NCBI GenBank assembly: GCA_039588295.1 | Contig: JBDHAB010000011.1 | Location: 13,676 to 77,675, forward strand | Origin: Gemmatimonadota bacterium | GTDB taxonomy: Bacteria; Gemmatimonadota; Gemmatimonadetes; Gemmatimonadales; GWC2-71-9 | Length of the DNA stretch: 64,000 nt | Direction: 5' to 3' | In this document: positions 28,284 through 38,492 of the stretch, one piece after another | Numbering within the stretch: position 1 is the stretch's first letter | Layout of the letters: each line of letters begins with the position of its first letter | The notes under the pieces: model-generated | Told to the model about the DNA's origin: nothing | The model's input: the letters and a program-made list of their open reading frames with translations, nothing else | The model's database searches: none | Program-made: the position numbers and the translations under genes

Positions 28284-29042
28284 CTACATGTCCATCGGGT
28301 CTGGTACGGCCTCCCAAATGACGTCGTCGTGGGCCGCGATCATCCTTCCCATGTCCGCCCACACGTCGGGATTCGCAGTCAACTGTGCCAAGAACCCCTC
28401 GAAGAAATCGTCCATGTCGTCCCACGCCTCGAACAGGTACAACACCTTCCGGTTGTACCTCCCACCCGTGTTGTGCCCCATCTCGACCCACCCCCCGAGA
28501 TGCTCATCTTCCATCCCCTGATTCATGCTTGGCGTGGCCACCTGGCTCCACAAGCGATTCCACTCGCCCAAGTCCGCAAAGCCGATCTGGAACCGGGAAT
28601 CGTAGAGGTACTGGACGTCGAGGCCGTCCGGCACGTTCATGTCGGTGATGTCCCAGATCTCATCGTAGTGCGCCATGATCATGGCCGTGCTGCGAGCCGT
28701 GGCTTCCGGAGACCGCTGATTCAGGCGCCCCAAGTACTCACTCCAGAACTCGTCGAATTGCGCCCATTCCGTGGCACGGACCGCAAACCGCCAGTTGTAC
28801 TCGCTGCCTGTGGAATGCTGCCACGCCCCCCAGCCCTGAATCACGCCCTCGTCGCGTAACTCCGCCAGGATGGGAACCGAATGTTCGTGATACAGGTTGA
28901 TCCACTCCCCCAGGTCGCCATAACCGATCTTGTAGTACGCGAGATAGACCTGGGTGGGTGTCTGCTCTTCCGCCTGCTGCGCAGCGAGTGTCGGCGCAAC
29001 GAGGAGAAGGATGATCGCGGCACGCACGAGAGGACGAAACAT
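28284..29042 (-). CDS. Secreted protein with an internal duplication (NIPSNAP/dimeric alpha+beta barrel-like)
   Basis: GGAGG RBS, signal peptide ending LAA-QQ; two units sharing IG(Y/F)xDLGEW..GW..HxTG..AHxDxIW. Confidence 0.75.
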   Translation of the reverse strand: MFRPLVRAAIILLLVAPTLAAQQAEEQTPTQVYLAYYKIGYGDLGEWINLYHEHSVPILAELRDEGVIQGWGAWQHSTGSEYNWRFAVRATEWAQFDEFWSEYLGRLNQRSPEATARSTAMIMAHYDEIWDITDMNVPDGLDVQYLYDSRFQIGFADLGEWNRLWSQVATPSMNQGMEDEHLGGWVEMGHNTGGRYNRKVLYLFEAWDDMDDFFEGFLAQLTANPDVWADMGRMIAAHDDVIWEAVPDPMDM

Positions 29043-29318
29043 GGAGAACCTCCGGGAGGTCGGGAACTGGCAGATAGTACGCATCAGTGTTCCAATGAGC
29101 AACCCGCTGCGGACCGGCGTCCGATCGTGGGACCCGCCGATCGGCGTGCCAGGCCACACCCCTGGCGCGGCCGCTTGTCCCCGGCCATTTTCCGCCGACG
29201 CTCTTCCTTCCGGAGTCTGCATGTGCTTCCGTGACTCGGCACCCGCATCCCACGATACGCGGGCAGCGACCGCCGTCGGCCGAGCTTCGGTGACGCCCGT
29301 AGCCGAATAGCATCCGTC

Positions 29319-32300
29319 ATGCAGTGTACCGCCTGTGGCTTCCGGAATCCCGATCGCATGAAGTTCTGCGGAGAGTGCGGGGCGCCCCTTCAGGCCGAGG
29401 CGCCGCGCTCGCGCGAGGACACTGCCGAACGACGCCAGCTGACGGTCATGTTCTGCGACCTCGCCGAATCCACTGCGCTCGCCGAGCGCCTCGATGTTGA
29501 GGAGCTGCGGGAGGTGGTCCGCGACTATCAGGAAGTGTGCGGGGACGTCGTGCAGCGATTCGGCGGCACGATCGCGCAGTATCTCGGCGACGGGCTGCTG
29601 GTGTACTTCGGATTCCCGGAGGCACACGAGGATGATGCGCGGCGCGCGGCGCGCAGCGCACTGGACATCACCGGAGCCATTGGGCACCTGAGCGAGCGGC
29701 TCGAATCGCAGCGCGGCTTTCGGCTTGCCGTCAGGACTGGCATCCATACCGGGCTCGTCGTCGCGGGGGAGGTGGGGGGCGGCGGGAAACGGGAGCAGCT
29801 CGCCCTGGGCCAGACTCCCAATATCGCCGCACGCCTCCAGGCGCTCGCGGAGCCCAACACCGTAGTCGTGAGCGGCACGGTCCTGCGCCTCATCGAGGAC
29901 TTCTTCGATTGCGAGTCTCTGGGGGAACGACAGTTGAAAGGGCTCACCCAACCCACGGCGGTGTACCGCCTGCTCGCCGAGCGAGTCGCTCCCAGTCGGT
30001 TCGAGGGAGCCGGCCGATTGAGCCTCGTCGGACGGGACCGGGAGATGGCGGCGCTCGTAAGCGGCTTCGAGCGTGCCAGTTCGGGTGAAGGACACGTGGC
30101 GCTGGTTTCGGGTGGCGCGGGGATCGGGAAGTCCCTGCTCACGCACAAACTCAAGGAGCACACGGCATCCGATCGCTGCACCTGGCTGGTCGCGCGGTGC
30201 TCGTCGTACTACGCCGACAGCCCGTTCGAACCGCTGATCGACCTCCTGCACCGCGCCCTCCCCGTCGACCCACGGGGTTCCCCCGACCGAAAGCTCCAGC
30301 AGCTGGAAACCGGCCTGGGGAGCGTCGGTCTTCGCGTCAAAGAAGCCGTACCGCTGTTCGCAGATTTCCTGTCGATCCCCCTCAGCAACGGTTACGTGCC
30401 TCCGGCAATGACGCCGCAACGGATGAAGGAGAAGACGCTCGAGCTGCTGCATGCGATGCTGCGTGCCCTCGCCGCTCGGGGACCCGTCGTGTTCGTCGTG
30501 GAGGACATTCACTGGGCGGACCCATCGACGCTCGAGTTCGTGGACCAGCTCGTCCAGCATGCGCCAGGCACACGGATGTTGGCGTTGGTCACCACGCGCC
30601 CACAGCTCGTCCCACCCTGGGTCGAGCAGCCACACGTAACCAGCATCATCCTCGAGCAGTTGACCGACGACCAAGTCCGCGATGTGGTCGAGGGAATCAC
30701 CGGGGGCAAGGCGCTCCCTGCGGAAGTCCTCCACCACATCACGGGGAAGACGGACGGCGTCCCGCTGTTTGTCGAGGAGCTCACCAAGGCGATCCTGGAG
30801 GCCGATCTGCTCCGCGAGACGGATCGGCACTACGAGCTGACCGGCCCCCTGTCGTCATTGGCTATCCCCACCACGCTTCAGGACTCGCTCATGGCGCGGC
30901 TCGATCGGCTGGCGACCGGGAAGGATGTCGCCCAGCTGGCCGCAGTGCTTGGCCGTGAGTTCACGTTCGAGCTCCTCAGCGCCGTCTCACCGGTCGCGGA
31001 CGAGGTGTTACGCCACTCCCTCGACCGGCTGGTCAGCGCACAACTCCTGGTCCAGCGCGGCACATCGCTCGACGCAACATTCGTGTTTCGCCATGCCCTG
31101 ATCCAGGACGCCGCCTACCAGTCGCTTCTCAAGGCCACGCGACAGCAGCATCACGGGACGGTCGCCAAGATCCTCGACGAACGTTTCCCCGAGGTGCGCC
31201 GAACACAGCCTGAGGTCCTCGCCTATCACTGCACCGAAGCTGGGCTGAACGAACCGGCGGTCGACAGCTGGATTCAGGCCGGCCGGCTCGCGGTGAGTCG
31301 CGGCACGAATCGGGAAGCCGTCCGGCATCTCCAGAGAGGGTTGGAGTTGATCGACGCCCTTCCGGCGACACCCGAGCAGCAACATCGGGAGTTGGTGCTC
31401 CAGAACACGCTGGGCGCCGCCCGAACACCCCTCTACGGCTACGCCGCCCCCGAGGTGGAACAGGCCTACGGGCGCGCAGGAGAGCTCGCCGAAGCGCTTG
31501 GCGACACGCCGCATCTGTTTTGGGTGCTCTGGGGGCTCTCAACGTTCCATGTCGTGCGAGCAAACCTGGACAAGTCACTCGAGCTCACCCAACGCATGGT
31601 CCGGCTCGCACGCCTCCAAGACGATCCGGTGGTGCGGCGCGAGGCGCATTCGGCGCTCGGAAGCACGCTGTACTTCCGCGGGGAGTTCGTCGCCGCGCAC
31701 GGCCACCTCGAGGCTGGACTTGCCGATGCCCTACCGGACGGCCACCTGGACCCCGACACAGAGCTTCCGACGCCGACGAGCGAGCATCTGGCCGGTGCGT
31801 ATCACGAGCTGGTGACGTGCCTGTGCACGGAATCGCTCGTGCTCTGGCACTTAGGGTATCCGGATCAGGCACTGGCCCGGTCCGACTCCGCAATCGCCGT
31901 CGCTCGGAAGACAATGAGCCCGCACAACCTGGGCTGGGCGCTGACGTACACGGCGCGGCTACACGCGTCGCGCGGCGAGCCCGATCTCAGCCGCGCGCGC
32001 GCCCAAGAAGTGATCGATCTCTCGCAGGAGCACGGCTTGTTCTGGATCACGCAGGGGAACTTCTTCCGGGGAAGAGCGCTCGCTGCAGCGCACCGACCGG
32101 AAGCCGACGAGGAGCCGCTTGCAGAAGCCTTCGCACTGATGCGCCTTGGCATCGACGGCTTCCGCACGCCCGGTGCCAAGGTGTCGCAGACCTACATGCT
32201 GGCGCAGCTCGCCGACGTCGACCTCAACCGCGGTGCCGTCGCCGACGCGGCACAGACGTTGGAGGAAGCCCACGCCGCCTTGAAGGCGACGGGCGAGCGC

Positions 32301-32582
32301 TACTGGGAAGCCGAGCTCCGCCGCCTGGACGGCGAGGTCGCGCTGGCGCAGGGCGACCGCAACGGCGCCGCGGTGGCATTCCAGCAAGCACTCGAAACCG
32401 CGCAAGCGCAGCGCTGCAAGGCGTTCGAGCTGCGCGCCGCGATGCGCCTCGGCCGGCTATGGACCGAGCAGGGGCGGCGCGACGAGGCCCGCCCCCTGCT
32501 CGGCGATGTCTACGGCTGGTTCGGCGAGGGCCTCGAGACCGTCGATCTCAAGCGGGCCAAGGCACTCCTGGAGCAGTGGTAG
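29319..32582 (+). CDS. Zn-ribbon, adenylate/guanylate cyclase, AAA ATPase and TPR domains (STAND-type protein)
   Basis: CTAC..CGEC; FCDL, YLGDG, PNIAARL; Walker A GGAGIGKS, Walker B VVEDIHWAD; FRHALIQDAAY. Confidence 0.92.
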   Translation: MQCTACGFRNPDRMKFCGECGAPLQAEAPRSREDTAERRQLTVMFCDLAESTALAERLDVEELREVVRDYQEVCGDVVQRFGGTIAQYLGDGLLVYFGFPEAHEDDARRAARSALDITGAIGHLSERLESQRGFRLAVRTGIHTGLVVAGEVGGGGKREQLALGQTPNIAARLQALAEPNTVVVSGTVLRLIEDFFDCESLGERQLKGLTQPTAVYRLLAERVAPSRFEGAGRLSLVGRDREMAALVSGFERASSGEGHVALVSGGAGIGKSLLTHKLKEHTASDRCTWLVARCSSYYADSPFEPLIDLLHRALPVDPRGSPDRKLQQLETGLGSVGLRVKEAVPLFADFLSIPLSNGYVPPAMTPQRMKEKTLELLHAMLRALAARGPVVFVVEDIHWADPSTLEFVDQLVQHAPGTRMLALVTTRPQLVPPWVEQPHVTSIILEQLTDDQVRDVVEGITGGKALPAEVLHHITGKTDGVPLFVEELTKAILEADLLRETDRHYELTGPLSSLAIPTTLQDSLMARLDRLATGKDVAQLAAVLGREFTFELLSAVSPVADEVLRHSLDRLVSAQLLVQRGTSLDATFVFRHALIQDAAYQSLLKATRQQHHGTVAKILDERFPEVRRTQPEVLAYHCTEAGLNEPAVDSWIQAGRLAVSRGTNREAVRHLQRGLELIDALPATPEQQHRELVLQNTLGAARTPLYGYAAPEVEQAYGRAGELAEALGDTPHLFWVLWGLSTFHVVRANLDKSLELTQRMVRLARLQDDPVVRREAHSALGSTLYFRGEFVAAHGHLEAGLADALPDGHLDPDTELPTPTSEHLAGAYHELVTCLCTESLVLWHLGYPDQALARSDSAIAVARKTMSPHNLGWALTYTARLHASRGEPDLSRARAQEVIDLSQEHGLFWITQGNFFRGRALAAAHRPEADEEPLAEAFALMRLGIDGFRTPGAKVSQTYMLAQLADVDLNRGAVADAAQTLEEAHAALKATGERYWEAELRRLDGEVALAQGDRNGAAVAFQQALETAQAQRCKAFELRAAMRLGRLWTEQGRRDEARPLLGDVYGWFGEGLETVDLKRAKALLEQW

Positions 32583-32598
32583 CGGACGGACGACCTGC

Positions 32599-33963
32599 TC
32601 AGTTTCGCCAGCCCGTTTCCACGAGATTCTTGAGGTCCTCGACGCTCGACGGGATGGTGAACTTCACTCCTTTCTCGTAGCCGTACCTGATCAGGTACTC
32701 GAGAAACCACCTGCTAATACCCACGTGCACGTCAGAGTCGACTCGTCCCCAGAACCGCGCCCACACGTGTGGGAACTCGAACAGGAGCTTCTTGAGCAGC
32801 ACGAATAGTGTGACCGGCCGCACCCCGATGCGGGCGCACCCCGTGTCGCCGATCAGCTGTCGCATGTAGATGCGTGGCACAAGCCGCACGGCTGGTCCAG
32901 GCACCAGCGGCCGCAGAAAGCGCGGGAAGATGTGCTGGATGACGACCCCGACCATCCTCACGTGTGCGTCGGCCAGTGCGACCCCGTCGGGGTTCTTTCC
33001 CTCCGAGACATCCCGCCAGCCGCGCGTGAAATCCCTCGCGCCCACGTAGTGCCGGCGGCGGTATGAGTCGTAGAACTCCTTCGCTTCCGTCAGATTCTTC
33101 GGCAGGTACTCGAGACTGTGCGGCTCTCCGGGCGGGTGAATACCGAACATCTGGCCAAAGGTCCGCCACACGTAGTAGTACGCTTCCTCGTCGTCGGAGT
33201 ACGGCCCCGTGCCCTCCGACCCCATTCTCACCCGTAGGATCTGCAGTCCGCGCACCACCAAGAGCGAGAACCCGATCAGGGTTCCGAGGACGTCCTCGAG
33301 GCTGATCGGTTCAGCGCGCATCTGCTTCTTGTAATCAGGGTAATCCGCCCATTTGGGAGCGATGTTGACACGGACGCCCGCGTGCAGCAATCGCACCTGC
33401 TGCAGCGTCACGATGCCTCGCCGGACCGTCCCCGGCTCGTGATCGTGAGAGGCATCGGTGTCGCTTGGGCACTCGAAACTGTGTGGGCTGCTCACATCAA
33501 TCAGAAACCGCAGCGTACCCATCAGGCGATGGTACGGGTTGTCCCTCAACTGGCCCGAGATGTTGAGCACCTTCGTCAGCGGGGGGGACGCGTAGCCCTC
33601 GGGAATGCTCTTCAGCAGCAACGCCAGCACGCTGGGGATCAGATGGGTCATGAACGCCGTCTGGCCTCTGTCGATGCGCTCGAGATCGGTGTTGGGCGGC
33701 ACGGTACTCGTCTGTCTGAGAAACTCCCGCAAGGGACTGAACTTAGGATCGGACTGGACTTCCGGTGGCAACGGATGGCCGTTTGCCTTCATCGCGGCGA
33801 AGATCTTCGATACCTCGCCCGTGGTTACGCCATTGGTGTTCAGCTTCCTCACACACTCGTCAGCCAGCGAATCGGTGTGGCCCCGAATCGTGTCGAGAAA
33901 ACTGTCGTCCGACCACTTCGTAGTCCGTCTCGTTCCGGCACTTGCCGACGTCGCGTCGCTCAT
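32599..33963 (-). CDS. MpaB/Lcp-like (DUF2236) heme oxygenase family protein
   Basis: RLMGT..F, QVRLLHAGVR (RxxH), PISLED..GT..GFS, WRTFGQMFG. Confidence 0.8.
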   Translation of the reverse strand: MSDATSASAGTRRTTKWSDDSFLDTIRGHTDSLADECVRKLNTNGVTTGEVSKIFAAMKANGHPLPPEVQSDPKFSPLREFLRQTSTVPPNTDLERIDRGQTAFMTHLIPSVLALLLKSIPEGYASPPLTKVLNISGQLRDNPYHRLMGTLRFLIDVSSPHSFECPSDTDASHDHEPGTVRRGIVTLQQVRLLHAGVRVNIAPKWADYPDYKKQMRAEPISLEDVLGTLIGFSLLVVRGLQILRVRMGSEGTGPYSDDEEAYYYVWRTFGQMFGIHPPGEPHSLEYLPKNLTEAKEFYDSYRRRHYVGARDFTRGWRDVSEGKNPDGVALADAHVRMVGVVIQHIFPRFLRPLVPGPAVRLVPRIYMRQLIGDTGCARIGVRPVTLFVLLKKLLFEFPHVWARFWGRVDSDVHVGISRWFLEYLIRYGYEKGVKFTIPSSVEDLKNLVETGWRN

Positions 33964-34099
33964 CGCGGTCTCCACCATTCATCCGTTACGCTACAGAGGC
34001 GGGGCTGGCGTGCATCACGAGCCTGGCCGACCTGACGCACCAGGCTATCGGGCGCACGCACGCCCGTTACTTTATGGCCATGTCCCATCCCACACGTCC

Positions 34100-35164
34100 G
34101 TGACCGAGCCGTTCCGCATTCTCGGCGCAGGACCGGCCGGCCTGACCGCCGCCATCACCCTGGCGCGCGCGGGGCATGCCGTCCAGGTGTTCGAGCGCGG
34201 TTCGGATTGCGGCGCCCGGTTCCACGGCGACCTCCAGGGCCTCGAGAACTGGACCGCACCAGGCGACGTCGTCGAGGATCTCGCCACGATGGGCATCGAG
34301 ATCGACTTCGCGTGCGATCCGTTCCACTCGGCGGTGCACACCAATGGACGGCGCGCCAGGACGCTGGTGTTCGACCGACCGGCGTTCTACCTCGTCCGGC
34401 GTGGCACGGCCGCCGACAGCCTGGACCAGGGACTCAAGCGTCAGGCGCTCGCGGCCGGCGCAACCATCCGTTGGGGCGAGACCCTGGCACCCGAGCAAGC
34501 AGACATCGTCGCCACCGGTCCCGACACTCGACGGCTCTTCGCGATCGACAAGGGAATCGTCTTCGAAACCGATGCCCCCGACATGGCGGTCGTGCTCACC
34601 ACCGAGCGCGCCGCCATCAAGGGATACAGCTACCTGCTCGTCTCGCGCGGACATGGATGTCTCTGCACCGTGTTGTTCGACCGGTTCCGTGAAGCGCGCG
34701 AGTGCTACGTCTACACCCGGGAAATGTTGCTTCGGCAATACCCCGTCCAGATCACGCATCCGCGGCCAGTCGGTGGCATCGGACACTTCTCGGGCCGAAG
34801 CCGGTTCCAGCAGGGGGCCACGCTGTTTGTCGGTGAAGCGGCCGGTCTGCAGGACCTCCTGTGGGGCTTCGGGATCCGCAGCGCCGTCACCTCCGCGCAC
34901 CTGGCAGCGCGCTGCCTCCTCGAGGGCCGCGACTATGAGGCCGCCGCGCAGGCCGCGTTCGGGAGCCACCTCCGCGCTGGCGTCGTGAACCGATTCTTGT
35001 GGGAGGCACTCCGCCACGGTGACTACAACCTCCTGATGTACATTCTGGCGCGCGGTGGTCTTGGTCTGCTGCACTCGTTCTACGGCTATAACTTGCTCCA
35101 GCGTCTGCTGTACCCGGGGGCGCGGCTCTTCGTGCAGCGGCGTTATCCGGCGCTCCACTTCTAG
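34100..35164 (+). CDS. FAD-dependent oxidoreductase (geranylgeranyl reductase-like)
   Basis: ILGAGPAGL, IVATG, VGEAAGLQD..GFGIRSA. Confidence 0.8.
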   Translation: MTEPFRILGAGPAGLTAAITLARAGHAVQVFERGSDCGARFHGDLQGLENWTAPGDVVEDLATMGIEIDFACDPFHSAVHTNGRRARTLVFDRPAFYLVRRGTAADSLDQGLKRQALAAGATIRWGETLAPEQADIVATGPDTRRLFAIDKGIVFETDAPDMAVVLTTERAAIKGYSYLLVSRGHGCLCTVLFDRFREARECYVYTREMLLRQYPVQITHPRPVGGIGHFSGRSRFQQGATLFVGEAAGLQDLLWGFGIRSAVTSAHLAARCLLEGRDYEAAAQAAFGSHLRAGVVNRFLWEALRHGDYNLLMYILARGGLGLLHSFYGYNLLQRLLYPGARLFVQRRYPALHF

Positions 35165-35174
35165 CGACCGTCCG

Positions 35175-37658
35175 TCAGGTCGCGGTCACCCCGGCCGCGA
35201 GTGTGCCGAACGTTCCATTCGCGCTGCCCGGTGCCCACACGCCACGCGCGATGTGCTCGCCGAGGGTCCGATATACCTCGAACTGCGCCTCCGTGAAGAA
35301 CTGGTCGGCGGTAGACTGGTGCGGAAACGCTGGATTGAGTTGTGCGAACTGGCGCAGGTCCTCGGGCTCGTCGCCGGTCGTCGACGACTTGATATAGAGC
35401 AGTTCACCCGTCTGACCGTTCCCGTACTCGATGCGTCCCACCGCCCAATGCGCTCGACTTAAGCCGTTCGCGTTCTTCCGCAACGGGTCGAGGTCAATGT
35501 CGATCTCGATGCCCAGATCAATTCGCGCGTAGCGCATCAGAACACTCAAGCTCCCGAACGTCATGTCTGGATCGGCCTCGCCATCCACGGCGATGATCCG
35601 CGCGCACCGTCGGCGCAGCAGCTGATAGACACCCAGATTCTCGATGTGGCCGCCATCGGACACGTTGACATACGAGCCTCGTGCATGCGTGCTCCCCATC
35701 GCTTCCTTCACGAGATAACTCGGGCCGGCGCCACGGAACACACGATTGTACCAGTGCCGACCTTCCACGCCGGCGGGGTTCGGCAGCCAATACCCGAGGC
35801 GGATGTTGAGCAGCGTCATCAGAAAGACGAGCTGCCCCATGGTAACCGTCCCCATATTCGGCGCGGCAGCAGCCGCGGAGATCGCCATCGCCGTGCCTAG
35901 GTCCAGGTGACGGTCGACCTCCTCCATCCGACCGGTGGGGCACCAGCCCGTCCGCTCGCTGCCAACGAAGTGTTTGCTGAACACGAAGAAGTCGGCGTTC
36001 CGGCCACGAAGGTTGGGATCGCCGCTGCCCTTGAGGTTGAGCGCCGCGTTGATGAGATGGTACGGGGCCGCTGACCCCTCAACATTGAGACTGGAGAGCT
36101 TCTGCTCATCGTTCGGCACGATCGCGCCGTCACGTTGCCGGATCAGGAACACCCGACTCAGCCGATCACGGTAGAACACGTGAGGTGACGTGAGATTGAT
36201 GTCGAGGAAACGGACGTTGAACCACAACAGCAGCACACCGACGACCAGAAACACGACACCCCTGGGATCTACCAGCGGCGGAACGACGTGCAAGTAAGCC
36301 TCGCTTTCAGTCGTATCCCGGACGGTTACGACGTACCAGCGACCCACGAGCGCGTTCAGGGCACGGTCGATCGGACCGACGGATTGGCCTCGCGGCGGCG
36401 CGTTGATATCCCAACGCCGGCCTGGCTGTTCGACGGACACCGTGACGGTCTGCGCCGCCAACTCATCTCCTGCATTCGTGAACGCGTCGGCGAGGGACTT
36501 GGGGACTCTTCCCATGTTCAGCGTGTCGACCGTCGCCGAATCGGAGATGCTCCCAGCAGATGGCACCTCGAACGCGGGGTTGATCTGCCACAGGCAGAGC
36601 AGCAGGTAGGTCACGAATACCACTGCTGGACCGGCCAGCCCGAGGAGCAGGGTACCGAGCCAGCGAAACAGCGCGGCGACGACGGCCGAGACCTGTCCGG
36701 CAACCACGAGGGCCACTGCGGCGACGACGACGCCGAGTCCTCCCAGCAGACCGTAGCTGAGCGGATTGAGAGGGCTCGATACGATGTTAGCCCACAGTTG
36801 GGCCGCCGTGTCCTCCACTGCGAGGTCGACGAGCCGAAGCAGGGGGATCAAAACGAGCACTGCGATCGAAACCAGGAACGCCGCGGCCAAGACCCGTTCG
36901 TACGTGTTTCGGTGCTGCCAGCGGAACCGAGTGCGGAAGAACTTCGTCACGAACGGGAACGTGACCACCATGACGGTGAACGCGCCCACCACGACAAGTA
37001 GTGGTGCGACCCAGGACGCCTGCTTGGGATCGACGCCGAACCACCCGCGTATCGCGTTCAGCAACAGATAGTACAGTTCCAACTCATGGGCGAGTGCGGT
37101 CAAGAACACTGCGATGAACACGTACGGGAGAATGAACACGAAATTGAGGACAATCCCGCGCAGCACCACGGTCGGGAGGCGGAGCTTGTCGAGGAATCCA
37201 CCCGGGCTCAGATAATTGCTGCCGTTGCGCAAATGTCGAAGGGGTGGGGGTTCTTCCGCGCCCGGCTCTTTGCGCAGCGGGAAGCGGTGCGCCTCCGGCC
37301 CCGTTCGACCATCGGGCTCGTTGAGCAGCGAGCTCAGCGCCGACCCGAGATACCCGCCGCCCGAGACCGTCGAGAGGTAATCGACCTTTCGCAGCACGCC
37401 GCGCTTCGCGAGTTCCTGGACGACGCCGAGACTGAGCGCGGCGGAACGAATGCCACCACCCGACAGTGCGAGGCCCAGGAGATCGAGCCCTGCTGCCGGA
37501 GCGCCGACGTGCTTCTCCGGCGGCTCGGCGTCGAGGCCGGCCACACGCCGGCGGCAAGCGATCTCCTCCAGCTCGGCGGGGAACACTGTACCGTCGAATG
37601 CACGCTGCGTATCCTCGGGAGACTGAATCGCCACCCGACGGGACAACCGTGGACCCAT
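35175..37658 (-). CDS. Patatin/cPLA2-like phospholipase with a multi-TM insertion
   Basis: GLALSGGGIRSA, YLSTVSGGG, SDGGHIENLG, FPHQSTADQFF; many TM helices in between. Confidence 0.85.
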   Translation of the reverse strand: MGPRLSRRVAIQSPEDTQRAFDGTVFPAELEEIACRRRVAGLDAEPPEKHVGAPAAGLDLLGLALSGGGIRSAALSLGVVQELAKRGVLRKVDYLSTVSGGGYLGSALSSLLNEPDGRTGPEAHRFPLRKEPGAEEPPPLRHLRNGSNYLSPGGFLDKLRLPTVVLRGIVLNFVFILPYVFIAVFLTALAHELELYYLLLNAIRGWFGVDPKQASWVAPLLVVVGAFTVMVVTFPFVTKFFRTRFRWQHRNTYERVLAAAFLVSIAVLVLIPLLRLVDLAVEDTAAQLWANIVSSPLNPLSYGLLGGLGVVVAAVALVVAGQVSAVVAALFRWLGTLLLGLAGPAVVFVTYLLLCLWQINPAFEVPSAGSISDSATVDTLNMGRVPKSLADAFTNAGDELAAQTVTVSVEQPGRRWDINAPPRGQSVGPIDRALNALVGRWYVVTVRDTTESEAYLHVVPPLVDPRGVVFLVVGVLLLWFNVRFLDINLTSPHVFYRDRLSRVFLIRQRDGAIVPNDEQKLSSLNVEGSAAPYHLINAALNLKGSGDPNLRGRNADFFVFSKHFVGSERTGWCPTGRMEEVDRHLDLGTAMAISAAAAAPNMGTVTMGQLVFLMTLLNIRLGYWLPNPAGVEGRHWYNRVFRGAGPSYLVKEAMGSTHARGSYVNVSDGGHIENLGVYQLLRRRCARIIAVDGEADPDMTFGSLSVLMRYARIDLGIEIDIDLDPLRKNANGLSRAHWAVGRIEYGNGQTGELLYIKSSTTGDEPEDLRQFAQLNPAFPHQSTADQFFTEAQFEVYRTLGEHIARGVWAPGSANGTFGTLAAGVTAT

Positions 37659-37664
37659 TACCGG

Positions 37665-38492
37665 TTAGCTCGCGCCCCGCGGAACCTGGCAGCCGTGCAC
37701 GAAGTCCAGCACTCGGCCGGCGAACGATGAGCCCAAGGGATCGCCGCAGTGCCCGACCATCTGAAACGCCACCCAGTAGGCAACGAAGATCCCGGCACCG
37801 GCGAGCACACCCAGAAGGATCAACCGGTCAACTCGGGCCCGTTCCGCACGCACGCCGATCCACACGAGCGGCAGGCAGCAAAGGAACTCGCCCACGATGA
37901 TGTACCACGGCGCGTTCTTCACCGCCATCGGTACGTGCACATAGATCCACCACTCCGCCCAGCGAGCGATCATCTCGTACACCGGGATGTTGATGCCGCC
38001 AATGAGGGCAGTGATAAGGGTCGCTTTGACCATCCCCAGACGGCCACGTAGCCACACGCCAAGCGCCATGATCTGCACCAGGACGCCAGCCCAGGCCAGT
38101 GGCATGTACGCGGGCGACTTCCAGATCTTGGGCATCTCGCCGTAGATCAGATTCCCCGTCTGCACTCCGTCGAGGATCGGACCGGCCCGCATGACCAGCC
38201 ACCAATCGGCAACGAGCTCGACGAAGCCCGCCACCACGACCACCACCAGCCAGCGGAGCAACTTCCAGTCGCGATAGCGCGCGGTGTACGCCGCGTACAG
38301 CGACAGGTTGAGGGCGACGGCGAAGACCGCCGACTTCCACCACTTGGTCGAAGGAATGAGGCTGGCCGAAATGTTCACGAAGAGCAACACGCCAATGGTG
38401 AACAGCACGAACTTGATTCGCCGTGCGTCGTTTTCGGCCTCGAGTGTCAGCGGATCGGGCGCGAGGTCGGCCCGCGTGGCGTCCGTCGTCAT
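37665..38492 (-). CDS. Hypothetical multi-TM membrane protein (DUF6989-like)
   Basis: ELVADWWLV, SPAYMPLAW, YEMIA..WW, PWYIIVGE. Confidence 0.7.
   Translation of the reverse strand: MTTDATRADLAPDPLTLEAENDARRIKFVLFTIGVLLFVNISASLIPSTKWWKSAVFAVALNLSLYAAYTARYRDWKLLRWLVVVVVAGFVELVADWWLVMRAGPILDGVQTGNLIYGEMPKIWKSPAYMPLAWAGVLVQIMALGVWLRGRLGMVKATLITALIGGINIPVYEMIARWAEWWIYVHVPMAVKNAPWYIIVGEFLCCLPLVWIGVRAERARVDRLILLGVLAGAGIFVAYWVAFQMVGHCGDPLGSSFAGRVLDFVHGCQVPRGAS

Noticed and set aside
29043..30830. Upstream part of the 848-aa minus-strand ORF
   Set aside because: Mostly an antisense shadow of the cyclase-STAND gene; the real gene starts at 29042 with an RBS and signal peptide.
33605..34099. N-terminal extension of the flavoprotein ORF
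   Set aside because: It overlaps the divergent MpaB-like gene; the Rossmann motif begins just after GTG 34100.
29319..37658. Anti-phage system (STAND plus patatin effector)
   Set aside because: The cyclase-AAA-TPR architecture is a common signalling type, the genes are not co-oriented, and no CD-NTase or other defence genes lie nearby.
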